Source: a virus
Lineage: Duplodnaviria; Caudoviricetes
Virus record (IMG/VR): IMGVR_UViG_3300049053_000107
Span: 1 to 55,210 of that record
DNA: 55,210 nucleotides
Direction: 5' to 3' (one strand)
Position numbers and translations under genes: made by a program. The notes under the pieces are model-generated. The model saw only the letters and a list, made by a program, of their open reading frames with translations. It was not told the origin of the DNA and made no database searches. This document shows positions 28,830-37,138 of the stretch, one piece after another (the stretch's first letter is position 1; every line of letters begins with the position of its first letter).

Positions 28830-30287
28830 TTAATTCTTTCGCTTGTATTTATAGCCAGCATGCTTATTAATAAATTCCTCTCTTACCGCACTGGTTAAAT
28901 TATCTACGTGTTCATCATGCTTGCCATTAGGGAAAGAGCCAAGTTGATCTAAAAACGCATCATTCCACGGGCCATAAATTAATTTCACTTTACCTGCTTC
29001 ACAAATTGCAGCAATACCGTTAGCTCTTGTTTCCTTATCGTCTTTCGGCGGTTTATCCTGCAATATGTTCAATCCAGGTATTTGCTTTAACTCCTGAACT
29101 ACAGTAATACCGCTTGCCTTTGGTTCCACTTTCATTGTACTGCGTGGGCTATGGCCATGGCGTTTTGCATACAGTGGCAAATACTTCTTTAGCTCAGGAA
29201 ACTCCAAATACTGTTCTTCAGCATTTACGATATACATTATCCCACCTTCTATGAAGTATGCAAATAACCCGCTTGGGTCATTAGTTTGTTTCTTAGTGTA
29301 GGCTGTATCAATCTTAAACTTTATTGTTGCATTACGTGGCACTTCACGCTTTACCACTTCAAACCATGCTTTCTTCAGTATACCCCCCTCAGCAGGTGAA
29401 GGACGTTGGTCTAACTGCGCTGCGGCACCGTAAGTACCTAAGTCTTTTCGCAACTTGGTAATTGCTTCCGGACCTAACCGGATAGGATCTAACAAACCAT
29501 TTTCATAAAACTGTTTCCACTCAATAGGTCGTACATTATCCTGCACTTCAGCAGGAAGGCAGATGTGTAATATCCGTCCTCCCTTGGTAAGCAAATGGCC
29601 GGTATTGTCCTCTTCATGCAAACGCTGTTGCACTGCGATCATTGTAGCAACAAGCTTATCTACCTTGCGGGTAGATAGCGTTTCATCACCATACTTATTT
29701 GCCTCAATACGGGCAAGCTCACTTGCTGCTTTCTGTGGGTTAGTGCTATCATCTACAATGATCTGGTGTGCATGTATACCGGTTACAGCCGCACCGGTAG
29801 ATGTAGCATAACGCTCACCTCCTACTTTGTTTTTAAAATGGCCTTTAGCTTCATTGTCCTTATCGATCTTTACATGAGGGAAATACTTCTGATACTTCTC
29901 ACTCCAAAATATCTTACGGGATTTATCTGCTAAGTCAAGTGAAATGTCGCCGGCGTATGATGAGCAAATAAAACGCTGTGTGGGGTCAATTGCCCAACAC
30001 CACATTGGGTACATGATGCTAACGATAGTAGATTTTGTTGAACCAGGTGGAACGTTAATAATGATCCAATCAAATTCAGCAGGCAAACGCTGCTTTACTC
30101 TTTTACCCACACCTTCCAACACTTCACATATCTTCTCAATGTGCCAGTTCCATACAGGCGTCTCATTGATCAACGTACTCCAAAACTCTTTTACAAAAAA
30201 GAAAAATTTATCCTGGCACAGATCAGCAGCTAACATATCCTGATCAATTTCCAGAGAGAGTAAATCTTCAAGAGTTAGTTCGGGCAT
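28830..30287 (-). CDS. terL: Terminase large subunit
   Basis: NVPPGSTKST Walker A, IIVDD Walker B, QQRLHEED, KIDTAY and HDEHVD nuclease motifs. Confidence 0.92.
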   Translation of the reverse strand: MPELTLEDLLSLEIDQDMLAADLCQDKFFFFVKEFWSTLINETPVWNWHIEKICEVLEGVGKRVKQRLPAEFDWIIINVPPGSTKSTIVSIMYPMWCWAIDPTQRFICSSYAGDISLDLADKSRKIFWSEKYQKYFPHVKIDKDNEAKGHFKNKVGGERYATSTGAAVTGIHAHQIIVDDSTNPQKAASELARIEANKYGDETLSTRKVDKLVATMIAVQQRLHEEDNTGHLLTKGGRILHICLPAEVQDNVRPIEWKQFYENGLLDPIRLGPEAITKLRKDLGTYGAAAQLDQRPSPAEGGILKKAWFEVVKREVPRNATIKFKIDTAYTKKQTNDPSGLFAYFIEGGIMYIVNAEEQYLEFPELKKYLPLYAKRHGHSPRSTMKVEPKASGITVVQELKQIPGLNILQDKPPKDDKETRANGIAAICEAGKVKLIYGPWNDAFLDQLGSFPNGKHDEHVDNLTSAVREEFINKHAGYKYKRKN

Positions 30288-30491
30288 TTACCAATTTGGT
30301 TTATTCAGGTATTGGATAATATATTCTTCTTTGAAAAAGATAAAATCTTTCAACGGTAACGTATCGCCATTTTCAAATTGTAAATCCTTTTCGCCTGTAT
30401 AAAACCACTCTAAAGAAACAGGTGCAGATTTTGCACCAGTGGCTTTATCTACGATTACGAATTGTTTTCTTTTTACGTTAACATCCATCAC
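30288..30491 (-). CDS. Hypothetical protein
   Basis: Abuts the terL start. Confidence 0.5.
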   Translation of the reverse strand: MMDVNVKRKQFVIVDKATGAKSAPVSLEWFYTGEKDLQFENGDTLPLKDFIFFKEEYIIQYLNKPNW

Positions 30492-30748
30492 TTCATAAAA
30501 ACATTTAATCGTTTCTCAAATTGCTCGATTGATTCATAAACTACTGTCGTATCACCGCTTTTAAATACAAGCTTTACGGCTGTGCGCTCATCGTTTGTTT
30601 CGTCTTCTGAAACCGGATAATAAAGTGTTATATCAAAAGGGTTGATCATCATAAACGAATCTTCACCGCGTTCGCTCACGTCCATATCGGCCAGCTTTGT
30701 GCTAACCAGGCGAATAGGTACTTTTAGAAATTTATTAGTAAATGGCAT
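30488..30748 (-). CDS. Hypothetical protein
   Basis: ATG at 30748 (MPFTNK) fits operon spacing. Confidence 0.5.
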   Translation of the reverse strand: MPFTNKFLKVPIRLVSTKLADMDVSERGEDSFMMINPFDITLYYPVSEDETNDERTAVKLVFKSGDTTVVYESIEQFEKRLNVFMK

Positions 30749-30752
30749 GCGG

Positions 30753-30950
30753 TTAATTTTTACTTTCCATACAAATAGCAATCGTGTTCGATACAAATTG
30801 CTCAAAGCTTTTCTGGTTAATCTGCACATCTGCCTGAATGCCGTGTTGGAGCAATGCTTTCTGGCAATCTGCTAATTTGCGCAACTCGGTTTGCAGACTT
30901 TCCATGTGCTCTTGATACATTGCTAAATTGAAAATCGGGGTATCTGGCAT
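30753..30950 (-). CDS. Hypothetical protein
   Basis: ATG at 30950 (MPDTP) directly after the upstream stop. Confidence 0.45.
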   Translation of the reverse strand: MPDTPIFNLAMYQEHMESLQTELRKLADCQKALLQHGIQADVQINQKSFEQFVSNTIAICMESKN

Positions 30951-30951
30951 A

Positions 30952-31506
30952 TTAAAATGGTTTTTTATAACACTCAAATACTTTGTCCAGTTGCTTTTCA
31001 TCTCTTATCCAAAACACCCAATCATCTTTTGCCACTTCCTCCTCAATCACTTCGATGTAGAATGTCTTAGGTGTAAATGGAAAACTTTTTATGTATTGCC
31101 CGCTATGAATAGTTTGGCCGTTGAGCATTTTAGCTGAGCCGGACCAGGTAGTATTGTTCTGAGTTTTCCAAACAATTGCATCCAGGTAATACGCTCCTTT
31201 GCTGTCTCTGAACAAAGCGCTACATCTGTTATTTTGATTCAACCCATCTGCTACTGTGCCCCACTCCTCCTTAATACCTGTCAACTCACAAATAGGCTCC
31301 TGCAAACAAAGTTTTTTAATAGTCTGCGCCAGTGCTGTAGCTGTGAAAGGTGCTGAACCACCGCTTTGTCCAGACAATCCAAACTTCTCACATAGCGCAA
31401 GTATTTCAGGTATGAAAGGTTCAACTATAGGTCTGTTATCAACAGCAGCACTTTTAACTAAAATGTCCAACTCTTGTTTTGCTTTTCTACCAGTATTTGT
31501 AATCAT
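30952..31506 (-). CDS. Conserved-looking phage hypothetical protein
   Basis: GQSGGSA, LTG..EW and QNNRCSALF motifs recalled from other phage proteins. Confidence 0.55.
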   Translation of the reverse strand: MITNTGRKAKQELDILVKSAAVDNRPIVEPFIPEILALCEKFGLSGQSGGSAPFTATALAQTIKKLCLQEPICELTGIKEEWGTVADGLNQNNRCSALFRDSKGAYYLDAIVWKTQNNTTWSGSAKMLNGQTIHSGQYIKSFPFTPKTFYIEVIEEEVAKDDWVFWIRDEKQLDKVFECYKKPF

Positions 31507-31579
31507 ACTATTCTTCGGTTCGCCTTTACACCGGAAGGTTTTAATTTTTGCTATAAATTTTTTTAGAGTTGGATTAAGT

Positions 31580-31597
31580 GGTATACAAATGTATACC
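31580..31597. promoter_or_regulatory. 18-bp palindromic operator, copy 1 (GGTATACAAATGTATACC)
   Basis: One mismatch to the perfect palindrome at 32675; contains TACATTTG (-7 consensus) on the minus strand. Confidence 0.55.
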
Positions 31598-31696
31598 TAA
31601 TTTTTACAGGTTGGATTTATTGGATATTTGGCTTTCTGCGGCTGTCAGGCTACGGGGGGAGGGGTAAATTTATAATACCTTATAATCTATCTTATG

Positions 31697-32224
31697 TTAA
31701 GTAGCCACATTGTCATGGTTGCTTAACTCCTCTCCTACCCTATCAGAATCAGTGCTTTGTTGCTCATTTGGTATACATTCATATACTAAACTATCATCGT
31801 TAACAGTATTGCTATTATTGTTAATTAGTTCAGTACTAGTATACTCATTTGTTAATGACATTTGCCTTAGTACTTCAAGTAACTTTTGCTTTTGATCTGA
31901 TGTAGCAGCTTGCAACATGTGTTGTACAGTAACGTTCACTTCTCTCTTCTCTTCAATGAAGGACCTTTGTAGTTTGGGTTTAAAGTACTCTACTACTGCT
32001 TGCCAGGCTTGCACATAAGCTTTACCTTTTAGTTTGTTCATCTCGCGAATGAGCTTCATTGCACCATTGCCAGAGGTATAGAGGTCTACTGCCTTCCATG
32101 CACTAGGTCCGTCAATAAGATGATCGATACCTAATGCCTGTTTTACTTTAGTCTTACTAGACACCATGCCTTTCTGCTTACGTGGTGGTGGGTTCTCTGC
32201 TGTCCATGTTCCTGCTGACTTCAT
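31697..32224 (-). CDS. Terminase small subunit candidate
   Basis: NPPPRKQKG..SKT N-terminal motif and EYFKPKLQR; upstream of terL; ATG at 32224. Confidence 0.55.
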   Translation of the reverse strand: MKSAGTWTAENPPPRKQKGMVSSKTKVKQALGIDHLIDGPSAWKAVDLYTSGNGAMKLIREMNKLKGKAYVQAWQAVVEYFKPKLQRSFIEEKREVNVTVQHMLQAATSDQKQKLLEVLRQMSLTNEYTSTELINNNSNTVNDDSLVYECIPNEQQSTDSDRVGEELSNHDNVAT

Positions 32225-32664
32225 CAAAAAGCGATTTTCTATTAATTCACGTGCGATTTGGTAAAAAAGGCAAAATGGCACCAAAATAAGGTGCAAACCA
32301 GTGGAAAATTAGATTGGCAATTTAGTAGCTAAATATTTTAGCAGAAAAGACTAAAACCATAAGCAACATGAAAATCTGACAAACAAGTAAAATACAATTG
32401 CCAATTTGCAGACATTGCCCCTCCCGCCTCCCCAGTGGTAAATTGTTGTTTGTTTCCGGATAAGTATTAGCTCCTTATGTTTCCGGGGTTTTCTGTTTTG
32501 CTGCCTTGCGGCTTTTGCTCAGCTCTTGTAGAGGTTTTTTAGACTTGCAGTTGTTAAGATCGGGTAAAGTGTGTTATACCGGGGCAGCTCTTAACTAGGT
32601 GAAATTACTAAATTTATTAGTACTTGATAAGTGAAAAGAAAAACCTTTTTTGGTTATTAATAAA

Positions 32665-32696
32665 TTTGGAATTTGGTATACAATTGTATACCTTTA
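32665..32696 (+). promoter_or_regulatory. Bacteroidota-type promoter overlapped by a perfect 18-bp palindrome (32675-32692)
   Basis: TTTG-N20-TACCTTTA; GGTATACAATTGTATACC. Confidence 0.55.
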
Positions 32697-32720
32697 TACT
32701 GTCAATCAAAAACAAGTAAA

Positions 32721-32996
32721 ATGTGCTTCAAAACTTCAAGAACTCAAACAACAGGTACCAAACACAATAGTGCTTGCGAAATGTCTTTTGGTCGCCCTTC
32801 TACTCACAACAATTGCCCACGTTGCCAGGAATTAAAAGCCGGTGCAACTACTCGCAAAGGTTGGTTTGAAAACAAACGTGAAGTAGTTAATCAAAGCCTT
32901 TCTGCTTATTGCTTCAGTGTTGCAATCTACCATGCAAGATGTACTAAAGAAACTAACCCTTCATGTGCATGTGGTAAAATGTCTTACACTGATTAA
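32721..32996 (+). CDS. Cys/His-rich zinc-binding protein
   Basis: TKH..C..FGR..CPRC.EL and HARC..CACG; ATG at 32721. Confidence 0.6.
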   Translation: MCFKTSRTQTTGTKHNSACEMSFGRPSTHNNCPRCQELKAGATTRKGWFENKREVVNQSLSAYCFSVAIYHARCTKETNPSCACGKMSYTD

Positions 32997-33049
32997 TCAT
33001 AAACTCTTTTGTCAATCAACAACATTTAAAAACCTCAAAATTTAATCAA

Positions 33050-33169
33050 ATGGAAACTTACCAAGTATCGCCTTTTCAAACTTCAGAAATTATTCTTTGC
33101 GTTGTAATCGTTGCTTTTTTGTGTGTTCTTATTGTGAGAGCATGCAAGACCGAAAAATCAGTAAACTAA
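33050..33169 (+). CDS. 39-aa single-TM peptide (not in ORF track)
   Basis: METYQVSPFQTSEIILCVVIVAFLCVLIVRACKTEKSVN, between two TGTCAATC motifs. Confidence 0.5.
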   Translation: METYQVSPFQTSEIILCVVIVAFLCVLIVRACKTEKSVN

Positions 33170-33591
33170 TTTTTGTCAATCGTAAAAACTTTTAAAAATG
33201 CTTACGCTTATAAACGGAAATAGACAGCCTTACGAAATAGGACTTCCAAAATTGGTAATTGTTGACGGTGCAAAATGGAATACCGGCGCAATTGCTCACA
33301 TCAAAGAAAATACTGGGATAGAATTTAAAAAAGACCATTGGAATAATCTTGAAGCACAACCAGAGAATTGTGAGCAAATAACCAAGCTGTTTTTAACCTA
33401 TAATTTCAAAACCAGGTATTACAACAACTGGAATTATAAAAACACTTTGATGTTAAAATCTGATCATCATGTAGGCTTTGACGTAAATTCTATTTGCTAT
33501 AGCTGTTGTCAGGAAAATGGAATACACACAGGAAGTTTAAAACCCACCGACAGATTATCCTGCTAAAAATTTTTGTCAATCGTAAAAACTT
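33168..33591 (+). repeat. 24-bp perfect direct repeat (33168-33191 and 33568-33591) bracketing one gene
   Basis: AATTTTTGTCAATCGTAAAAACTT occurs twice, 400 bp apart. Confidence 0.85.
33198..33566 (+). CDS. Hypothetical protein
   Basis: ORF directly after a TGTCAATC leader. Confidence 0.65.
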   Translation: MLTLINGNRQPYEIGLPKLVIVDGAKWNTGAIAHIKENTGIEFKKDHWNNLEAQPENCEQITKLFLTYNFKTRYYNNWNYKNTLMLKSDHHVGFDVNSICYSCCQENGIHTGSLKPTDRLSC

Positions 33592-33597
33592 AAAACC

Positions 33598-33981
33598 ATG
33601 CTAGAGATAAAAAACAATACCGGCGAAGTAATTGCAATCTGCAAACCTGTTCCCAAACCTTCAGCCACTTATACAACAGGCGCAATACTTGTAGATTCTT
33701 GGGGTTGGGAACAAACCAATATTGATTTTTACGTAATCATTGAACGTAAGGGGGATTTTGTAACTGTTCAAAAATTACTAAAAGACAGAAGCCCTAAAAT
33801 TGGTTTTATGAGTAACCACGTTAGGCCAACATTTGTTCCCGACTTGAAAGAAAAACCAATTCGTAAAAAAGTAAAAATCTTTGATGGTAAAGAAGCCGGA
33901 TTTACTTTTCGTAATTATTCCGGTGGTGGTTGGTGCTCACTTTGGAAGGGTGAAAAGGTAACCGAAACTCATTATGCTTAA
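33598..33981 (+). CDS. Phage hypothetical protein (SWGxxQTNxDFY motif)
   Basis: GAILVDSWGWEQTNIDFYV, a pattern recalled from other phage early proteins. Confidence 0.65.
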   Translation: MLEIKNNTGEVIAICKPVPKPSATYTTGAILVDSWGWEQTNIDFYVIIERKGDFVTVQKLLKDRSPKIGFMSNHVRPTFVPDLKEKPIRKKVKIFDGKEAGFTFRNYSGGGWCSLWKGEKVTETHYA

Positions 33982-33998
33982 TTTTAAAACTGTTTTTT

Positions 33999-34337
33999 AT
34001 GGCAACACAACAAAATACTTTTATTAGGAAATTCGGTCACCTGGCAATTATAATAACGGTCACTGATTGGAATGATTTTAAAGAATTGGAAAAGCACTCA
34101 AAAAATAAAGAACCTGATTTTTTACTAAGCAGTGTAACATCAAAAGACATTTGGAGTAACATGAACCCACAATTATTAATCGCTACACAAGGTGAAGTGG
34201 AAGATATAACCGAAAAAACGCAAGGTTTTGGATTGGCTGGAATAATAACTGGGAGTAGTCCGGCTGGTCCGTTGTGGCAATTTAGAAAAATTGATGGGCT
34301 TATAGCCAAAGAAGAATTTAGTAAACCAACACTATGA
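33999..34337 (+). CDS. Hypothetical protein
   Basis: ORF within the plus-strand cassette. Confidence 0.55.
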   Translation: MATQQNTFIRKFGHLAIIITVTDWNDFKELEKHSKNKEPDFLLSSVTSKDIWSNMNPQLLIATQGEVEDITEKTQGFGLAGIITGSSPAGPLWQFRKIDGLIAKEEFSKPTL

Positions 34338-34342
34338 AAAAA

Positions 34343-34368
34343 GAGGGGCAAAAACCCCTCCTTCTTTT
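34343..34368 (+). terminator. Terminator-like hairpin
   Basis: GAGGGG-CAAAAA-CCCCTC followed by CTTCTTTT. Confidence 0.45.
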
Positions 34369-34415
34369 GTCAATCGCAAACATTTAAAAATGCTCACTAA
34401 TACAAATTTACTAAA

Positions 34416-34646
34416 ATGAAAAAATATTATTGGGTTAGCGCGATGCTAAAATTTAGAAATGAAACAAAATGGAAATTTGAAGAATACGTAACTAATAAAC
34501 ACCCATTTATTTCTAAGGCCGACTATTTAAAATTAGAGCCTGGAATTGATAGCGTGCCTTGTGATTATCAACTTTTAAATTGGAAAGAGATCACAAAAAT
34601 TGAATACGACCTTTTTAACGATTTAATAGAAGATCCAGGAGACTAA
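34416..34646 (+). CDS. Hypothetical protein
   Basis: ORF within the plus-strand cassette. Confidence 0.55.
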   Translation: MKKYYWVSAMLKFRNETKWKFEEYVTNKHPFISKADYLKLEPGIDSVPCDYQLLNWKEITKIEYDLFNDLIEDPGD

Positions 34647-34651
34647 TAACC

Positions 34652-34888
34652 ATGCAAAACGAAAAAGAAAAAATATTAAACTGGCTGGCAAAACGGGATT
34701 TAATTGCAATTGCCAGGCTGGAAAAAAAGCTGGGCATGAAAGGCCGGTTTTTAAACCAGGTATTAAAACGGCAAAAATCCCTGCCGGATAAATACATTGA
34801 GCCAATGAAAAAGGAATTACGGAATTATGGCTATAAATCCGGTGCTACTCCGTTAGAAGGTCCTGAACCAGGACAGCTATTTTCTTAA
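34652..34888 (+). CDS. Small HTH-like regulator
   Basis: IARLEKKLGMKGRFLNQVL resembles an XRE helix-turn-helix. Confidence 0.5.
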   Translation: MQNEKEKILNWLAKRDLIAIARLEKKLGMKGRFLNQVLKRQKSLPDKYIEPMKKELRNYGYKSGATPLEGPEPGQLFS

Positions 34889-35165
34889 TTTTTAATTTGG
34901 AAAGGTGCGGAATGCGTTTTAAGGCCTTTTTAGGCTCATTTTCGAGGTATTGGGTAAAAAGGGTAGCAATGTCCGGAAAATCGAAAATCTGGCAAATTTG
35001 GATAAGCACAGGCAATTTAGGCAATGCTCTGCCTTCTTCATACTTCCGGTAGGCTGGAAATTTAATATTCAGCTCTTTTGCTGTTTTTTCAGAAGTCCAG
35101 CCTTTTTCTTTTCTAAGGTGAGTTAAATTGGCTGCAAAAATCATCCTCATTTGTTCCGGTTTCAT
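34845..35165 (-). CDS. XRE-family HTH regulator
   Basis: NLTHLRKEKGWTSEKTAKELNI..PAYRKYEEGRALP. Confidence 0.85.
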   Translation of the reverse strand: MKPEQMRMIFAANLTHLRKEKGWTSEKTAKELNIKFPAYRKYEEGRALPKLPVLIQICQIFDFPDIATLFTQYLENEPKKALKRIPHLSKLKIKKIAVLVQDLLTE

Positions 35166-36568
35166 ACTGCAATTTTTAATTTCCTGTGTTTAGAAATAAT
35201 CGCTTTGACGGCTGTCATTAAACCATCTTGCACACCTGCTTTTCGTTCGTTGGATCTAACAACATCTACGTCAATTGTGTTTTTCGCTATAATGCTATTC
35301 ATAATCATATTTTCAGCTATTAATCCCTGCCGGTGTATTCTCTTTGGTGCCTGCTGGAAATGCTCTAAATTCCAAGGACGACCAAACCAGGTGAATATAT
35401 TTCCACCAGCTTGTAAATTCAAACCGTGGCCCATGCTGGCTGGGTGGCCCAATAAAACCTGTATTTCTCCACGGTTCCATTTTTCACTAATGCCCGGACC
35501 GTTTAACAACACTGGTTTGTATTTTTTCAAAAATTTCATTATTCGCTCCATATCGTGAATGAAAGAATAGCACACCAAAACAGGTTTGCCATTTGCCACG
35601 TCAATTATTTCCTCTAAAGCTTCTAATTTTTTATTGTGTACCTCATGCCATTTTTTACTGCTGTCGTAAACAGCACCATTTGCGAATTGCAAAAGCTTAT
35701 TGGAAAGTGCTGCGGCATTTATGGGTGAAATATCCACGTCCTCTAAAGACAAAACCAGTTTTCTTTCAAAATCTTCGTATTGTTTTTGAATAATTGGCGG
35801 CAGCGTAATTTCAATATTTCGCTCTATAACAGGAGGCAATTGCAAATAATCCTCCGCTTTCATGGAAATGCATATATCTCCTATTTTTTCAAAAATCTCT
35901 TTCTGGTAGTAATCATCGCCTAAAATCGGATCATCTTTTCGAAGATTGTATTGGTATACTATATCGCCGTTTCGCTTACCTGGTGTAAAATAGCGATCTC
36001 TGAAGTGGGTTATATGTTTACCCAGCCTTTCCCCTTCATCCAAAAGATATATTTGCGGCCACAGGTCTAAAAGGCCATTTGGTGCCGGTGTGCCGGTAAG
36101 ACCGATAACCCTTTTCATTTTTGGCCGCATTTTGCGAAGTGCTTTAAACCGGATTGCTTTAGCAGATTTGAAACTGGAAAGCTCGTCTATTATCGTAAGA
36201 TCAAAAGGCCAATGCCCCTGCAGGTAAGTAATTAGCCAGGGTATATTTTCCCGGTTGATGATGTACAGATCCGCTTTTTGTTTTAAGGCTATTTTTCTTT
36301 TGATTTCCGGACCTAAAACTTTGGATACGGTTAAATGCTTCAGGTGGTCCCATTTCTCAATCTCAGCGCTCCAAACTTCTTCTGCTACACGTTTTGGGGC
36401 AATAACCAGGGTTTTGGAAATTTCAAAATAGTCATTTTGCAAAAGGTCAATCGCTGTTAAAGTAGAAACCGTTTTGCCTAAACCCATTTCCATGAAAAGC
36501 CCGGAAAAAGGATTTTTCAAAATATGCTGGGTGGCGTGGTCCTGATACGGGTAAGGTTTGTAAATCAT
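35162..36568 (-). CDS. SNF2-family helicase
   Basis: MGLGKT, IIDELS, LTGTP, GHGLNLQ and RIHRQG motifs. Confidence 0.92.
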   Translation of the reverse strand: MIYKPYPYQDHATQHILKNPFSGLFMEMGLGKTVSTLTAIDLLQNDYFEISKTLVIAPKRVAEEVWSAEIEKWDHLKHLTVSKVLGPEIKRKIALKQKADLYIINRENIPWLITYLQGHWPFDLTIIDELSSFKSAKAIRFKALRKMRPKMKRVIGLTGTPAPNGLLDLWPQIYLLDEGERLGKHITHFRDRYFTPGKRNGDIVYQYNLRKDDPILGDDYYQKEIFEKIGDICISMKAEDYLQLPPVIERNIEITLPPIIQKQYEDFERKLVLSLEDVDISPINAAALSNKLLQFANGAVYDSSKKWHEVHNKKLEALEEIIDVANGKPVLVCYSFIHDMERIMKFLKKYKPVLLNGPGISEKWNRGEIQVLLGHPASMGHGLNLQAGGNIFTWFGRPWNLEHFQQAPKRIHRQGLIAENMIMNSIIAKNTIDVDVVRSNERKAGVQDGLMTAVKAIISKHRKLKIAV

Positions 36569-36846
36569 TTCTCTATTTTTTGAAGAAAATCAAAAAGACT
36601 GTCGTTGCTATTTATAACCGAAACGTCAAAGCCCATTTTTCGTAATAGCTCGATAACTACATCTTGCCGGGGTGTTGGCTTCAATCCATCATCTTTTATT
36701 TCGGCGAAGAATATTTTACCACCGGGCATTAAAACAATCCTGTCCGGAACACCAGTAAAATAATTGCTGGAAAACTTCAAAGCCAGTCCGCCTTTGTCAC
36801 CTACTTTTTTGCGAAGTTTTATTTCGTAATACTTCTCTTTGGACAT
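36565..36846 (-). CDS. VRR-NUC domain nuclease
   Basis: GVPDRIVL...FAEIK...PTPRQ; ATG at 36846. Confidence 0.85.
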   Translation of the reverse strand: MSKEKYYEIKLRKKVGDKGGLALKFSSNYFTGVPDRIVLMPGGKIFFAEIKDDGLKPTPRQDVVIELLRKMGFDVSVINSNDSLFDFLQKIEK

Positions 36847-36861
36847 ATTATAAATTTTTGG

Positions 36862-37138
36862 TGTCAACACGGAACACACGAATTTCTATACATTTCTCGC
36901 GGGCGTGTTTTCGTGCGTTTTTCACTGTTTTTTACCTTGTTTATTTCTATATTACCTATTTAATGTTTTATAGTATATTTCGTTATTTCGTGTTGACAAT
37001 TCAATGAAATGCAGGCCAGTATTGAATTGTATTGTCAACACTCAGTTCAAATTCGTGTTGACATTCGTGTTGTCCGTGTTGACACCCCATTCTTTTTTGT
37101 CAACACGATTGTCAACACGAAATCCGCGCGTGTTGACA
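36862..37138. repeat. Cluster of eight TGTCAACAC copies in both orientations (iteron-like, putative origin)
   Basis: Copies near 36862, 36989, 37033, 37054, 37075, 37098, 37110 and 37129, with an AT-rich stretch. Confidence 0.75.

Noticed and set aside
31654-31664. GGGGGGAGGGG tract, and the C-rich tract near 32417, as a cos/pac site
   Set aside because: Position near terS is suggestive but nothing else supports it; read-terminus analysis is needed
1602-31895. Many plus-strand ORFs of 60-160 aa antisense to structural genes
   Set aside because: Shadow frames of long minus-strand genes with no recognisable motifs (7541..7762 excepted)
32700-37138. Short repeats as a CRISPR array
   Set aside because: Repeats are 8-24 bp, irregularly spaced, in mixed orientation or separated by whole genes
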